Assembly (NCBI GenBank): GCA_050287085.1
Contig: JBNKBE010000022.1
Span: forward strand, 1-58,638
DNA from: Polyangiaceae bacterium
Lineage (GTDB): Bacteria; Myxococcota_A; Polyangia; Polyangiales; Polyangiaceae
Direction of reading: 5' to 3'
DNA: 58,638 nt
Below are positions 18,991 to 27,577 of this stretch, piece after piece. A program made the position numbers and the translations under genes. The notes under the pieces were generated by a model that did no database searches, was not told the origin of the DNA, and was given only the letters and a program-made list of their open reading frames with translations. Each line of letters starts with the position of its first letter. Within the stretch, counting starts at the first letter, position 1.

Positions 18991-20199
18991 CTACCTGAGT
19001 CTTCGCAATACCGCCCGTGCGTCCGCAGCGTTGCTGCCCTGAGGAAACCGCTGCAGATATCTTTCCAACAGTCGTCGAGCCAAGGTCGCATTTCCGCGGG
19101 ATGCCTCCAGGCGCCCTCGAGCGTAGAGCGCATTCTGCGCCCAAGAGTCCGACCCCGCCTCAAGCTTGCCGTAGAGACGCGAAGCTTGCCCAGGATCACT
19201 TCGTTCCAGCGAGGTGGCCCGCTCGAACAAGGTCTGCGATGAAATCGCCGGCTCACGCACCCGGACAGCCTCTCCGGCCCGCTCACGGGCGTGCGCAACT
19301 GGACTTGGCTCGGTCGTCTGCTCAGCGGCCGAGCGCTTCGCCCTACGCGGCGGTACGCTGCGGGCACGCGCCGCCCCCAACCCCTCAGAAGCTTGCCCCT
19401 TTGCTGGAGCCTGTGGCGCTTCGTCGGACTCACCGCGCGCGTCCGTCCCGGCAGCGGCGCTCTTGGACGCGCTCCCTTCACCATCAGCTGTGCGCATCCC
19501 TCCGACGACGGCTCCGGACGCCGACGATGGGGTGGACGGGCTTTCCGTTGTTGTGCCGTCCTTCGCTACCGCCTCCCCGGAGCCAGCCTTGGGGGCGTCC
19601 GTTGCGCCTTCGGTGTTGTCTCTTGGCACCCATACTTCGCCGGCCGCAACACGAGACGAGTGCCCCCCCGAGCTAACCTCGACAACCCCCTCGTACACTT
19701 GCACCCGAGCGCCATCGCCCACCCTCGACACATCGAATCGCGTACCCACGACCCGCACCCGCTCGCTACCCGCTTGTACGATCAGCGGTGCCCCACGAGG
19801 TCGAGGAGCAACGCTACAGGTTATGGTTCCTCGGTCGAGAACAATGAGCATACCCTGCGGGGTTTCTGCGCCAACCACCACCGCAGACTCGGGCCCAACG
19901 TCCACGGTCACCCCGGGTAGCGCCAAGTGTGACGCGCTGACCCCCGTGATGATGTGGGAAGGCTGATCGAGCGCCGCCTGCTCCGGTACCAGCTGACGGT
20001 TAAGGGCAAACGCCAACACAACGCAGGCGGCCACTGCCACAGCCGCAAACCACGGCCGCCACGACACCGCTTTGGAGCGAGCGGGGCCGCGGTAGGGGGG
20101 TGCCGCCTCCAGGGCTAGCCGCGCAAAAGTTGCACGCTCGATGCGCGCCCAGCGTTGCTCGCTCAAAGGCTCGACGTCTACGGGCAGCGGCCGTCTCAT
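18991..20199 (-). CDS. FecR-domain anti-sigma factor with C-terminal TPR-like helices
   Basis: Single TM WFAAVAVAACVVLAFAL; FecR motif VRVVGTRFDV..VQVYEGVVEV; C-terminal ALYARGRL..LERYLQRFPQG; coupled to the sigma gene by ATGA overlap. Confidence 0.88.
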   Translation of the reverse strand: MRRPLPVDVEPLSEQRWARIERATFARLALEAAPPYRGPARSKAVSWRPWFAAVAVAACVVLAFALNRQLVPEQAALDQPSHIITGVSASHLALPGVTVDVGPESAVVVGAETPQGMLIVLDRGTITCSVAPRPRGAPLIVQAGSERVRVVGTRFDVSRVGDGARVQVYEGVVEVSSGGHSSRVAAGEVWVPRDNTEGATDAPKAGSGEAVAKDGTTTESPSTPSSASGAVVGGMRTADGEGSASKSAAAGTDARGESDEAPQAPAKGQASEGLGAARARSVPPRRAKRSAAEQTTEPSPVAHARERAGEAVRVREPAISSQTLFERATSLERSDPGQASRLYGKLEAGSDSWAQNALYARGRLEASRGNATLARRLLERYLQRFPQGSNAADARAVLRRLR

Positions 20200-20828
20200 C
20201 TCGGGGCCTCCTCGGAAGCTTGCTCAGACCCCATCAAGAACTCCGACAGCAGCGGATCCCGCTGGGCCCGTTCTTCCAATGCTCGACGCGCCCGCCAGGT
20301 CCTGATCTTAGCCATTCCGAGGGTCGAGTCCATGATCTCAGCGACTTCCCGAAGGCTACGTCCCTCCAGGGCGAATAGGGTAAAAGCCATACGTTGGCGG
20401 GGCTCCAATCGCTCCAATTCAAGATAGAGCCTGCGGACAGCCTCCCGACTTCTGGCGTGTTCTTCGGGGCTCGGAGCCTCGGACGCCGCGTCCTGCACGG
20501 GTTCCAGGCTCGGAAGCTTGGTCTTGCGCCGAAAGTGGGCGTAGGCGACGCGCACGGCGCAGCGGTGGATCCAGGTGCGGAGCGACGACTCGGCGCGGAA
20601 GCTCGGAAGGGAGCGAAATACCTCGAGAAAGGTGTCCTGCAGCAGGTCGTCCATGTGCGCATTGGAACCGATGAGACGAAAGAGAAGACGATGGACATGC
20701 ACACGCTCACGCTCAAAAATCTGGCGCTGAGCTCCCGGATCCCCGGATTTGCATCGCTCGACCAGAATAGCCTCGTCGGGCTGCACGAGTGAGATACGGG
20801 CACTCGATGGAACCCGCGGATTGACCAT
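20196..20828 (-). CDS. ECF-type sigma-70 factor (start probably ATG 20828, downstream of the promoter motif; ORF extends to 20858)
   Basis: DDLLQDTFLEVFRSLPSFRAESSLRTWIHR; region 4 LEGRSLREVAEIM..KIRTWRARRAL. Confidence 0.92.
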   Translation of the reverse strand: MVNPRVPSSARISLVQPDEAILVERCKSGDPGAQRQIFERERVHVHRLLFRLIGSNAHMDDLLQDTFLEVFRSLPSFRAESSLRTWIHRCAVRVAYAHFRRKTKLPSLEPVQDAASEAPSPEEHARSREAVRRLYLELERLEPRQRMAFTLFALEGRSLREVAEIMDSTLGMAKIRTWRARRALEERAQRDPLLSEFLMGSEQASEEAPR

Positions 20829-20840
20829 TTCTCTCGGTTT

Positions 20841-20869
20841 AGTGGGACCCGCCGTCATGGAGGTTACAC
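20841..20869 (-). promoter_or_regulatory. Putative autoregulatory ECF promoter GTGTAACC-N16-CCACT
   Basis: Minus strand GTGTAACC tccatgacggcgggtc CCACT, 12 nt before ATG 20828. Confidence 0.72.
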
Positions 20870-20949
20870 CCTCGGCACAACAAGAGGCGGTGCTGTTCCA
20901 GCGAAAGCCATAACCACATGCGATCGTTTATGTTTTCGGAAGACCCAGG

Positions 20950-22164
20950 TCACTCATAGGCGAAATAGGTCGCCGACAGCAGCCACAGCCCCCCGTCGGC
21001 GATGCGGTTAACCGCGAGCGCCAACTCGTGCCCTCCCGACTCCGACAGGATCGGATCCTCAAAGACAAAAGGCGGAGTGACCGAGCCCGGACACCAATTG
21101 GCGCGAGGCGCGCGCACGCTTTCCATGGCACCACACGGATTCTCTGCGCAGTACTGGTCGATCGACAGGAAGTCGGAGGAATAACTGGCCGGACTGCACA
21201 GAGTGGCGCAGTCGTCACGCCACGGGTTCACGACCCCCAGCTGGCTCGCATCGACGGCGAGAGTATGCTGCCGGCGACAAAACTCCTCCGCGGGTCCGAT
21301 GCAGCCGCTCTCGATAGCCCCGCCGCCGTGACCGGTGGCCCGATACTCGATTCGCCCCGAGCGGGTCCCGCGCGGGACCCGGAACGGCACGGGCTTGGGC
21401 TCGGATTCCTTCTCAAAACCAAAAAAGAGCGGCACCACAGCCAAGACCTTACGAGGTGGAGGCCCGGCTTGAAGCTCAAAGTGGGCGCTGACGATCCATT
21501 CGCCTTCCGCGCCACTCACAACGCCCTCGCCGTCGCCATAGGTCTGGATATCAACGGTGAGCTCATGAGAGCCGAGCCGACCGTTGACGACATCTGTGAC
21601 GTCCACGTCGAGCTGCAGAGGTCCGCCGAAAGGCGTAATGGCGCGCACGAGCTCGAGACCGGGTGACACGCCGGCATCTGGGTCGCTCGGATCGTCCAGC
21701 GACAAGAGCAGCGTCCGGTCAAACGCGTCGCACAAACGCGGCCAGTTGTGCCCTTCGGGTATGGAGTCCCGCGTCCAGCGATCGAAGGGAAAACACGGCG
21801 ATTCGAGCTCGACGATGAGCCGAGCTCGAGCCACAGGCTCCGAACCGAAGTCGACCTCCGTCGTCGCACGCTGAAAAAACTCCGCCTCCGGGTTGCTGGA
21901 AATGCGGACAGCGTCAAAACCGGAAACCTTCCGCCCTGGCGGCGCCGCATCCACCCGTGATGGCGCACGGGCGTCAGACGGCGTCGCGGCGTCTGACAAC
22001 GTCGCAGCATCTGCCCGAACCGCAGTGTCTGACGCGCGCGAACGCGGCTGCTCTGACGAGCCGCCAAACGCCTGCTCTGACCTGCAACTCGCAAGCGAGA
22101 TCAGCAGCGCCGCCGAGAAGAGTCCGCGGACTGCACGCCCAATTGAAACGGTGTGTGAAGCCAA
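20950..22164 (-). CDS. Peptide-N-glycosidase F-related lipoprotein
   Basis: Lipobox LISLASC; CDAFDRT, LELVRAITPFG, ATGHGG, AEEFC, NPWRDDC, RANWCPG. Confidence 0.82.
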   Translation of the reverse strand: MASHTVSIGRAVRGLFSAALLISLASCRSEQAFGGSSEQPRSRASDTAVRADAATLSDAATPSDARAPSRVDAAPPGRKVSGFDAVRISSNPEAEFFQRATTEVDFGSEPVARARLIVELESPCFPFDRWTRDSIPEGHNWPRLCDAFDRTLLLSLDDPSDPDAGVSPGLELVRAITPFGGPLQLDVDVTDVVNGRLGSHELTVDIQTYGDGEGVVSGAEGEWIVSAHFELQAGPPPRKVLAVVPLFFGFEKESEPKPVPFRVPRGTRSGRIEYRATGHGGGAIESGCIGPAEEFCRRQHTLAVDASQLGVVNPWRDDCATLCSPASYSSDFLSIDQYCAENPCGAMESVRAPRANWCPGSVTPPFVFEDPILSESGGHELALAVNRIADGGLWLLSATYFAYE

Positions 22165-22224
22165 GGCATGCTTCTACTACGACCCGGCGCTGAAGACCAG
22201 ACGCCGCCAACGCTCCGAGTGTTC

Positions 22225-22317
22225 GCGGCCCGAGTTCGGGCGCTGACCGTCCGTCAGGGACTCTTGAGCGGCCCGAGTTCGGGCGCTGACAGAAACTCCC
22301 GGTCCGTCAGGGACTCT
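22225..22317. repeat. Imperfect direct duplication of the 3' end of the cytochrome c peroxidase gene
   Basis: GCGGCCCGAGTTCGGGCGCTGAC at 22225 and 22268; GTCCGTCAGGGACTCT at 22249 and 22302. Confidence 0.85.
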
Positions 22318-23414
22318 AGAAACGCCACGATATCCGCTCGTTCTTCTGCCGTCAGCACAAGGGGGTGAATCTGGACGTCGGTGCTTGGATGACCCGACCC
22401 CCCGTCAGCGTAGTGATCTACCACGTCCTCCAGCGTCGCCAGGGATCCGTCGTGCATATAAGGCGCCGTGACCGCCACGTTGCGCAAGCTCGGCACGCGG
22501 AACTTGCCCAAGTCGCCGCTGCGGCCGGTCAGCTCTTGTCGCCCAATGTCACCGCCTTCTTCAAAGACGCCGTTGTTGAAGTAGCCGTCATTGGTCAGCG
22601 TGCCTTCCGAATGACAATGGAAACACTCGGCTCTTTCGCCGAAGAAGAGGCGCAAGCCTCGGGTAGCGGAGGCTCCCAGGGCCTCGGAATCTCCCGCCAA
22701 ATAGCGGTCATAGGGGCTGCTGGTGCTGACCAGCGCTCGAACGAAACTGGCCAGCGCGCGCGCCAGGTGCTCCTCGTCTGGGCGAACCCCGAAGGCAGCC
22801 TCAAACGCTTGCACGTACTGCGGATCGTCCGCCAAACGCGTGACTGCGCGCTCGACGTCCAGATCCATCTCCACCGGATTGCTGATCGGTTGCAATACCT
22901 GCTCTTCGAGCGTCGCGGCGCGACCGTCCCAGAACAGGCCGGCGCGCACCCAGGCAAGATTCGCTAGATGAGGCGCGTTGCGTTCTCCCGTCTGACCGCG
23001 AACGCCTTCGCTCACGCGCGCTGGATCCGAAAAGCCGTAGCGCTGCTGATGACAATTGGCACAAGACACCGTGCGGTCCCGCGAAAGCACGGGGTCGTAG
23101 AAAAGACGCCGACCGAGGGACGCCGCCGCTTCGGTGAGGGGATTGTCAGCCGGAGCGGTGTCCGCAAGCGAAAACGCAAACCCGGCGGGTTGTGCAACCC
23201 GTCCCAGAATCGGCGGAGCAAGGCCGCTATCCGACTTCGCTGAGCACCCGACGCTGGCGTCACCCCGAGCTCCGCCGTCACACTCGACGACGCGCCCGGG
23301 CGCCCCTTCGCACGCGGTCAGCAGCCCAAGAGCCGCGGGCAACCCCCACACGACTTGCAGCCCCAGCACGACGTCGAGCCCCACAGCGCTTGCCCCCTGA
23401 AAGCGCGTTCTCAT
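22254..23414 (-). CDS. Di-heme cytochrome c peroxidase, MbnH/MauG-like
   Basis: LGRRLFYDPVLS, CANCH, RNAPHL, FWDGRA, CFHCH, FRVPSLRNVAVTAPYMHDGS; ATG 23414 overlaps the upstream TGA. Confidence 0.92.
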   Translation of the reverse strand: MRTRFQGASAVGLDVVLGLQVVWGLPAALGLLTACEGAPGRVVECDGGARGDASVGCSAKSDSGLAPPILGRVAQPAGFAFSLADTAPADNPLTEAAASLGRRLFYDPVLSRDRTVSCANCHQQRYGFSDPARVSEGVRGQTGERNAPHLANLAWVRAGLFWDGRAATLEEQVLQPISNPVEMDLDVERAVTRLADDPQYVQAFEAAFGVRPDEEHLARALASFVRALVSTSSPYDRYLAGDSEALGASATRGLRLFFGERAECFHCHSEGTLTNDGYFNNGVFEEGGDIGRQELTGRSGDLGKFRVPSLRNVAVTAPYMHDGSLATLEDVVDHYADGGSGHPSTDVQIHPLVLTAEERADIVAFLESLTDREFLSAPELGPLKSP

Positions 23415-24457
23415 GGGAGCCACCGAAACAAATCGCCCCCCTCGGCGGCGCGGCGCAGTCGCTCCCCAGCCTCCGTTTCGGGTCCAACCTGGGTCAGTGG
23501 ATCGAGAAGCTTGAAGTCGGAGAGGTCGGTTTCGGTCATAGCTGCGTCGAGCAAGCCATCCACTGGGAGCTCGAGTTCGATGGCATCCCCCGCGGACCCG
23601 GAAGGTGCCCGAACGAAGATCCAAGGCGCGCCCCCCTTTTCCCCCACCGCCGCCCCCATGTGGATCAGGGCGGGAACCGCGGGGGCCGCGTCTGAACTCA
23701 CCTGTCCTTCGAAACGCAGGAATAGAAATCCAAGCGAATGGGGCCACTTCAGCTGGGACGCTTCGTCTAGCGGCGGTCCGGCTGGGCCCAGCAGCGCATT
23801 GCATGCCGTGGATAGGCCAAAAAGAAAGGCGAGCCCGTCATAGTCTCCGGGCGGCGCAGCAAGCGCGAAGGTGAGCGACTCCGGCGCTTCCGCATTGACG
23901 AGCTGCACGCCGTAGGGTGCGGGCTCCCCGGCGCCGTCCAGCAGCGTAGCCGCAACCCGCTCTTCACCCCGAAGCACCTCGAATTGAGATAGGTAGAAGC
24001 GCAGATTCGTCGGCATCACGGTGCCGGCCTCCGCTAGCTCGTTCGGCTCGCCAAAGGTCAAGGCCTGCATTCCGAAGCGCAGATCCACCGTCACCTGAGT
24101 ACGAGACGTTGACTCCTCCGAAAGAGTAGGCGCCGCTGGGCATGCGGACGGTACGCCGTCGGGCTTGACCTCGGGCGCGTCCCCGTCCACCCCGTCATCG
24201 CCCTTCGTCGGAGCGCTGTCGGCGCCCGCCGAACCCCCGTTTTCCGGCCCGCCCGCGCCTCCGCCCGGCTCCTGGCTCCCGCCGCCCCCGGCTGCAGGTT
24301 CCGACGAAACACCCGCCGCGTTGTCGGCCCCCATGTCCGGAGAGCGGGAAGACGGAGACTCCCCCCCACCCGAACACCCCGCAAGCCCAGCGACCCCAAG
24401 ACAACCAAACGAAGCCCTCACCCACAGCCATCGCCTCATCGATACCGCCATCTCCAT
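23411..24457 (-). CDS. MbnP-like lipoprotein
   Basis: Lipobox LAGC; NLRFYLSQFEV, PPGDYDGLAFLFGL, LKWPHSLGFLFLRFEG, LIHMG; coupled to an MbnH-like gene. Confidence 0.75.
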   Translation of the reverse strand: MEMAVSMRRWLWVRASFGCLGVAGLAGCSGGGESPSSRSPDMGADNAAGVSSEPAAGGGGSQEPGGGAGGPENGGSAGADSAPTKGDDGVDGDAPEVKPDGVPSACPAAPTLSEESTSRTQVTVDLRFGMQALTFGEPNELAEAGTVMPTNLRFYLSQFEVLRGEERVAATLLDGAGEPAPYGVQLVNAEAPESLTFALAAPPGDYDGLAFLFGLSTACNALLGPAGPPLDEASQLKWPHSLGFLFLRFEGQVSSDAAPAVPALIHMGAAVGEKGGAPWIFVRAPSGSAGDAIELELPVDGLLDAAMTETDLSDFKLLDPLTQVGPETEAGERLRRAAEGGDLFRWLP

Positions 24458-24468
24458 TCCATGACGTC

Positions 24469-24497
24469 AGTGGTCACTCGCCTCGGGACGGTTACAC
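24469..24497 (-). promoter_or_regulatory. Putative ECF promoter GTGTAACC-N16-CCACT for the MbnP/MbnH/PNGase operon
   Basis: Minus strand GTGTAACC gtcccgaggcgagtga CCACT, 11 nt before ATG 24457. Confidence 0.72.
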
Positions 24498-24711
24498 ACA
24501 AAGGGCGTCGCCGGCCGCGCCACACGATTCGCCAAGGCAAGTGGTGCTCGCCGCGGCGCGTGTGAACCAACGGGCATCAGGCCACGCCTCATCATGCGAT
24601 AGCGATAATGCGAGCGCGGCGAAGCGAGTCGAGTTGCTTTCAACGACCGCACGCGAGTGGTATCTGAAGGCCCATGACCTTCACATCACCCACAACCGCT
24701 TGGCATCCTCG

Positions 24712-25068
24712 ATGAGCCCGGTAGCTCGTATTGCCCTGGCGGCTCTGGCGCTCCTGCACGTCTACATCCTGGTGCTCGAGATGTTTCTCTGGACCCAGCC
24801 AGCAGGACGAAAAGCCTTCAACCTGAGCGCCGAATTCGCTCAGGCGTCCAAGGGGCTCGCCGCCAACCAAGGCTTGTACAACGGCTTCCTGGCCGCAGGC
24901 TTGGGGTGGGCCGCGATTCCCAATCCTCACGACCGCGCCGCCGCCCTGTTCTTTCTTGGCTGTGTGCTGGTTGCAGGGCTCTACGGTGCTGCGACGGCGA
25001 GCAGGAAGATCCTGTTCGTGCAAGCCGTACCCGCGACGATCGGGCTGGGTCTGGTGTTGTGGAGCTGA
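24712..25068 (+). CDS. DUF1304 family membrane protein
   Basis: ALLHVYILVLEMFLW, LAANQGLYNGFLAAGL, VAGLYGAAT..ILFVQAVPA. Confidence 0.9.
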   Translation: MSPVARIALAALALLHVYILVLEMFLWTQPAGRKAFNLSAEFAQASKGLAANQGLYNGFLAAGLGWAAIPNPHDRAAALFFLGCVLVAGLYGAATASRKILFVQAVPATIGLGLVLWS

Positions 25069-25237
25069 CGCACAACAAGACGATCCCCAGCGCGAGCCTC
25101 GGGCGGCGCGACGTAAAATGCGCATGCGCTCCGATCACACTTTGACGATGTCATAAAATTGAGACGTGGAGGCCGGAATGCACCCCCCCGGCCTTCAGCC
25201 CCTTACGCGTCCCTGCGAGATCCTCCAAATCGTCCCT

Positions 25238-26191
25238 ATGACGACCCCTTTCTTCCGCAGCAGCTCTTGGAAGCACAACTTGGCTGTCTGCGGCATGCCC
25301 ACTTGGTCCCTGCCACCGACGAGCCAACGCGCTGCGGCGGTATTGGGTGGACTGGTCTTGCTCGCGTGTAGCAACGGAACAACACCTCGCGACAACGACG
25401 GGATGGGGGGCAGCGGCGCACCGATCCGCCCCACCCCTCGCGAGGTGGTCGACGTACCGATGGCGCCCACCGACTTTGGCACCCCGACGATGGTGGGCAG
25501 CGGCTCGTCCGGCGACCGCTACGCCAAGGCGGACGTCGAGCGGAACGGAACCCACTACCGTTTCATAGCAAACGGTTGGGGGCCCGGCTTCGAGTCGCAC
25601 TCCCTGTCGTGGAACGGCACGTCATTTGTCGTTGAAACGATGAACGGCAGCCAAGGCGACAACTACGAGCCCGCCTCATATCCGTCGCTGTTCTGTGGTC
25701 GCTATTCGGACTCCACCTCCATGGAATGTGGATTGCCGCGCGCGCTGAACGCGCTGACCAGCGTGCGAACGGGATGGAAGTGGCAACCAAACGGCAACAC
25801 CGGGGAGTACAATGCCGCCTACGACGTTTGGATCGGAGACGCCAGTGGGAACCTCTCGGGCTATCTCATGGTATGGTTGCGGGATCCAAGCCGCCAACAG
25901 CCCGCGGGTAAACTCACGGAGTTCGACGTCACCGACATCAATGGCTTGCCCGGCACATGGGATATCTGGACGGGCATGGTCAACGGACGCCCCATCACGA
26001 ACTACGTGAGACCCGAAGACGCGGACGTGACGGAAATCCAATTCGACATGATGGACGTGATTCGGGATGCCACTGCGCGAGGCTACATGGTGCCGGGTGA
26101 TACGCTGATGAGCGTCGCCATCGGCTTTGAGATTTGGAACGGCCCGGTCGAGAACCTGCAGACGCTCGACTTCTACGTCGGAGTTCAGTGA
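25238..26191 (+). CDS. GH12-like lipoprotein; nucleophile Glu replaced by Tyr
   Basis: Lipobox LVLLAC; ANGWG, PASYPS, YNAAYDVW, GYLMVWL (canonical E-I/L-M-I-W), IGFEIW; start uncertain. Confidence 0.8.
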   Translation: MTTPFFRSSSWKHNLAVCGMPTWSLPPTSQRAAAVLGGLVLLACSNGTTPRDNDGMGGSGAPIRPTPREVVDVPMAPTDFGTPTMVGSGSSGDRYAKADVERNGTHYRFIANGWGPGFESHSLSWNGTSFVVETMNGSQGDNYEPASYPSLFCGRYSDSTSMECGLPRALNALTSVRTGWKWQPNGNTGEYNAAYDVWIGDASGNLSGYLMVWLRDPSRQQPAGKLTEFDVTDINGLPGTWDIWTGMVNGRPITNYVRPEDADVTEIQFDMMDVIRDATARGYMVPGDTLMSVAIGFEIWNGPVENLQTLDFYVGVQ

Positions 26192-26329
26192 GCCGCGGGG
26201 CTGCAGGGGCGGCTCCGACTTGACGCGCAGCCTCGCGCCCTCGCTCGCGGGGCTGCAGCGGGTAGCCCAACCGAACGCCGGCGGGCACCTCGCGCCGCAG
26301 GCCGGCTTGAAGGGCCCCACGCCTTCTAG

Positions 26330-26394
26330 GCACCGCGGCGCGGATTGCACCGCGGCGCGGATTGCACCGCGGCGCGGATTGCACCGCGGCGCGG
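26330..26394. repeat. 17-bp perfect tandem repeat, about 3.8 copies
   Basis: GCACCGCGGCGCGGATT at 26330, 26347, 26364, partial at 26381. Confidence 0.92.
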
Positions 26395-26446
26395 CTGTCG
26401 GACAACGCCCTTGAGCTATGGCCTCCTGAGCGCTCTCCCCGGGAAG

Positions 26447-27232
26447 CTACGTCGACGCAGCTTCTCGATTCGGAACCGCAACGGCAAAAAGCTGGCGACG
26501 TTTGAGCACCGCCGCCAACGCCCAGAACGCCAGCTTGCCAAGGCCTAGCGGGATGAGCGGGAATAGCCGAGGATGCCACGCTGACGTGATAACGCGGCAC
26601 TCCAAGGTGCGAAACCCGCCTTCCTTCAGCGTGTTGGCCAACAGCCGAGGAGTCCAGGTGTGCAGGTGGTGATCGATGTCGCGAGCGTCCCAGGTGCGTT
26701 GCCCCGCGGCGCGCCAGTCCTCCAGGGGCAGCTTGAGCAAGAGCTGTCCCGAGGGTTTAAGAGCGCGCGCAAGCTGTTCGAGCGTCGCTGGCACGTCACG
26801 TACGTGCTCGAGAACGTGATTGCTGATGATGACGTCGAATTCTGCGACCGGTAGCTCCTCGAGCGAGGCGTAAACCTGAAGCCCCGATCCTTGCGCCAAG
26901 ACGCGGGCGTGAGGGTTTACTTCGAGACCGGCCGCTGACGCCGTGTGCTCAGGGAGCAAGCGCAACATGCCGCCATTGCCGCAGCCAAAGTCTAAGACGC
27001 GATGCTCTCGGCTCAGGTAGGGGAGAAAGTACTCCAAATTGAGACGGTAGCCCACGTGCCCGGCGTCTGCCTGGCGCGCCGAAACGTATTCTGCGCCCGC
27101 CGTGCCGGCATAATGCGCGCTGACCAGGCCGCGCGTTTCGGGTCCACGCCCCGCGCCGTCGGACTCAAGAGCGGGCGCCTCTTGCGGCACGCTACCGCGC
27201 GCGGCCTCGTCCTGTTTGAGCCGATATTGCAT
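26447..27232 (-). CDS. Class I SAM-dependent methyltransferase
   Basis: VLDFGCGNG, FDVIISNHVLEHV, ALKPSGQL. Confidence 0.88.
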   Translation of the reverse strand: MQYRLKQDEAARGSVPQEAPALESDGAGRGPETRGLVSAHYAGTAGAEYVSARQADAGHVGYRLNLEYFLPYLSREHRVLDFGCGNGGMLRLLPEHTASAAGLEVNPHARVLAQGSGLQVYASLEELPVAEFDVIISNHVLEHVRDVPATLEQLARALKPSGQLLLKLPLEDWRAAGQRTWDARDIDHHLHTWTPRLLANTLKEGGFRTLECRVITSAWHPRLFPLIPLGLGKLAFWALAAVLKRRQLFAVAVPNREAAST

Positions 27233-27577
27233 CTCGACGAGTTAAGCACAAAAGCCAGGTGAGGAAAGCTCCGCATCCCGCCTCCCGTGAGGTTGAGAAG
27301 GCGGGAGAAGAGCCATGGTACAAAGGCGAGAGCCTCGCGTTCCCACTCAGAGGCAGCGCCACGGCTCGACGCGCCTTCCGGGTTCGAACACCAGGCGGGT
27401 CACCCATCCTGGGCACCAACGACGCTCGTCCAGGCCCGGCTTCGACCCGCCCCTCGTGAGCTCATCACATCGCTGTTACTAGCAGACCGACATGTTGCCC
27501 AACGAATGAAACTCACAAGGGGACTCCATATGCCTACCCCGGCTAAGCGCTACCTCAGTCGCACCTGGACCAAGATA

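Noticed and set aside
22225..22317. Possible mini-CRISPR or att site
   Set aside because: Only two copies, the intervening sequence is itself duplicated coding DNA, and no integrase is present
23415..23804. N-terminal extension of the peroxidase ORF
   Set aside because: Overlaps the MbnP-like gene in another frame; the ATGA coupling at 23411-23414 marks the start
20950..24457. Methanobactin biosynthetic cluster
   Set aside because: No precursor peptide, MbnB/MbnC or TonB receptor visible; only the MbnP/MbnH-like pair
26330..26394. Possible CRISPR array
   Set aside because: 17-bp units are contiguous with no spacers, and there are no cas genes in the window
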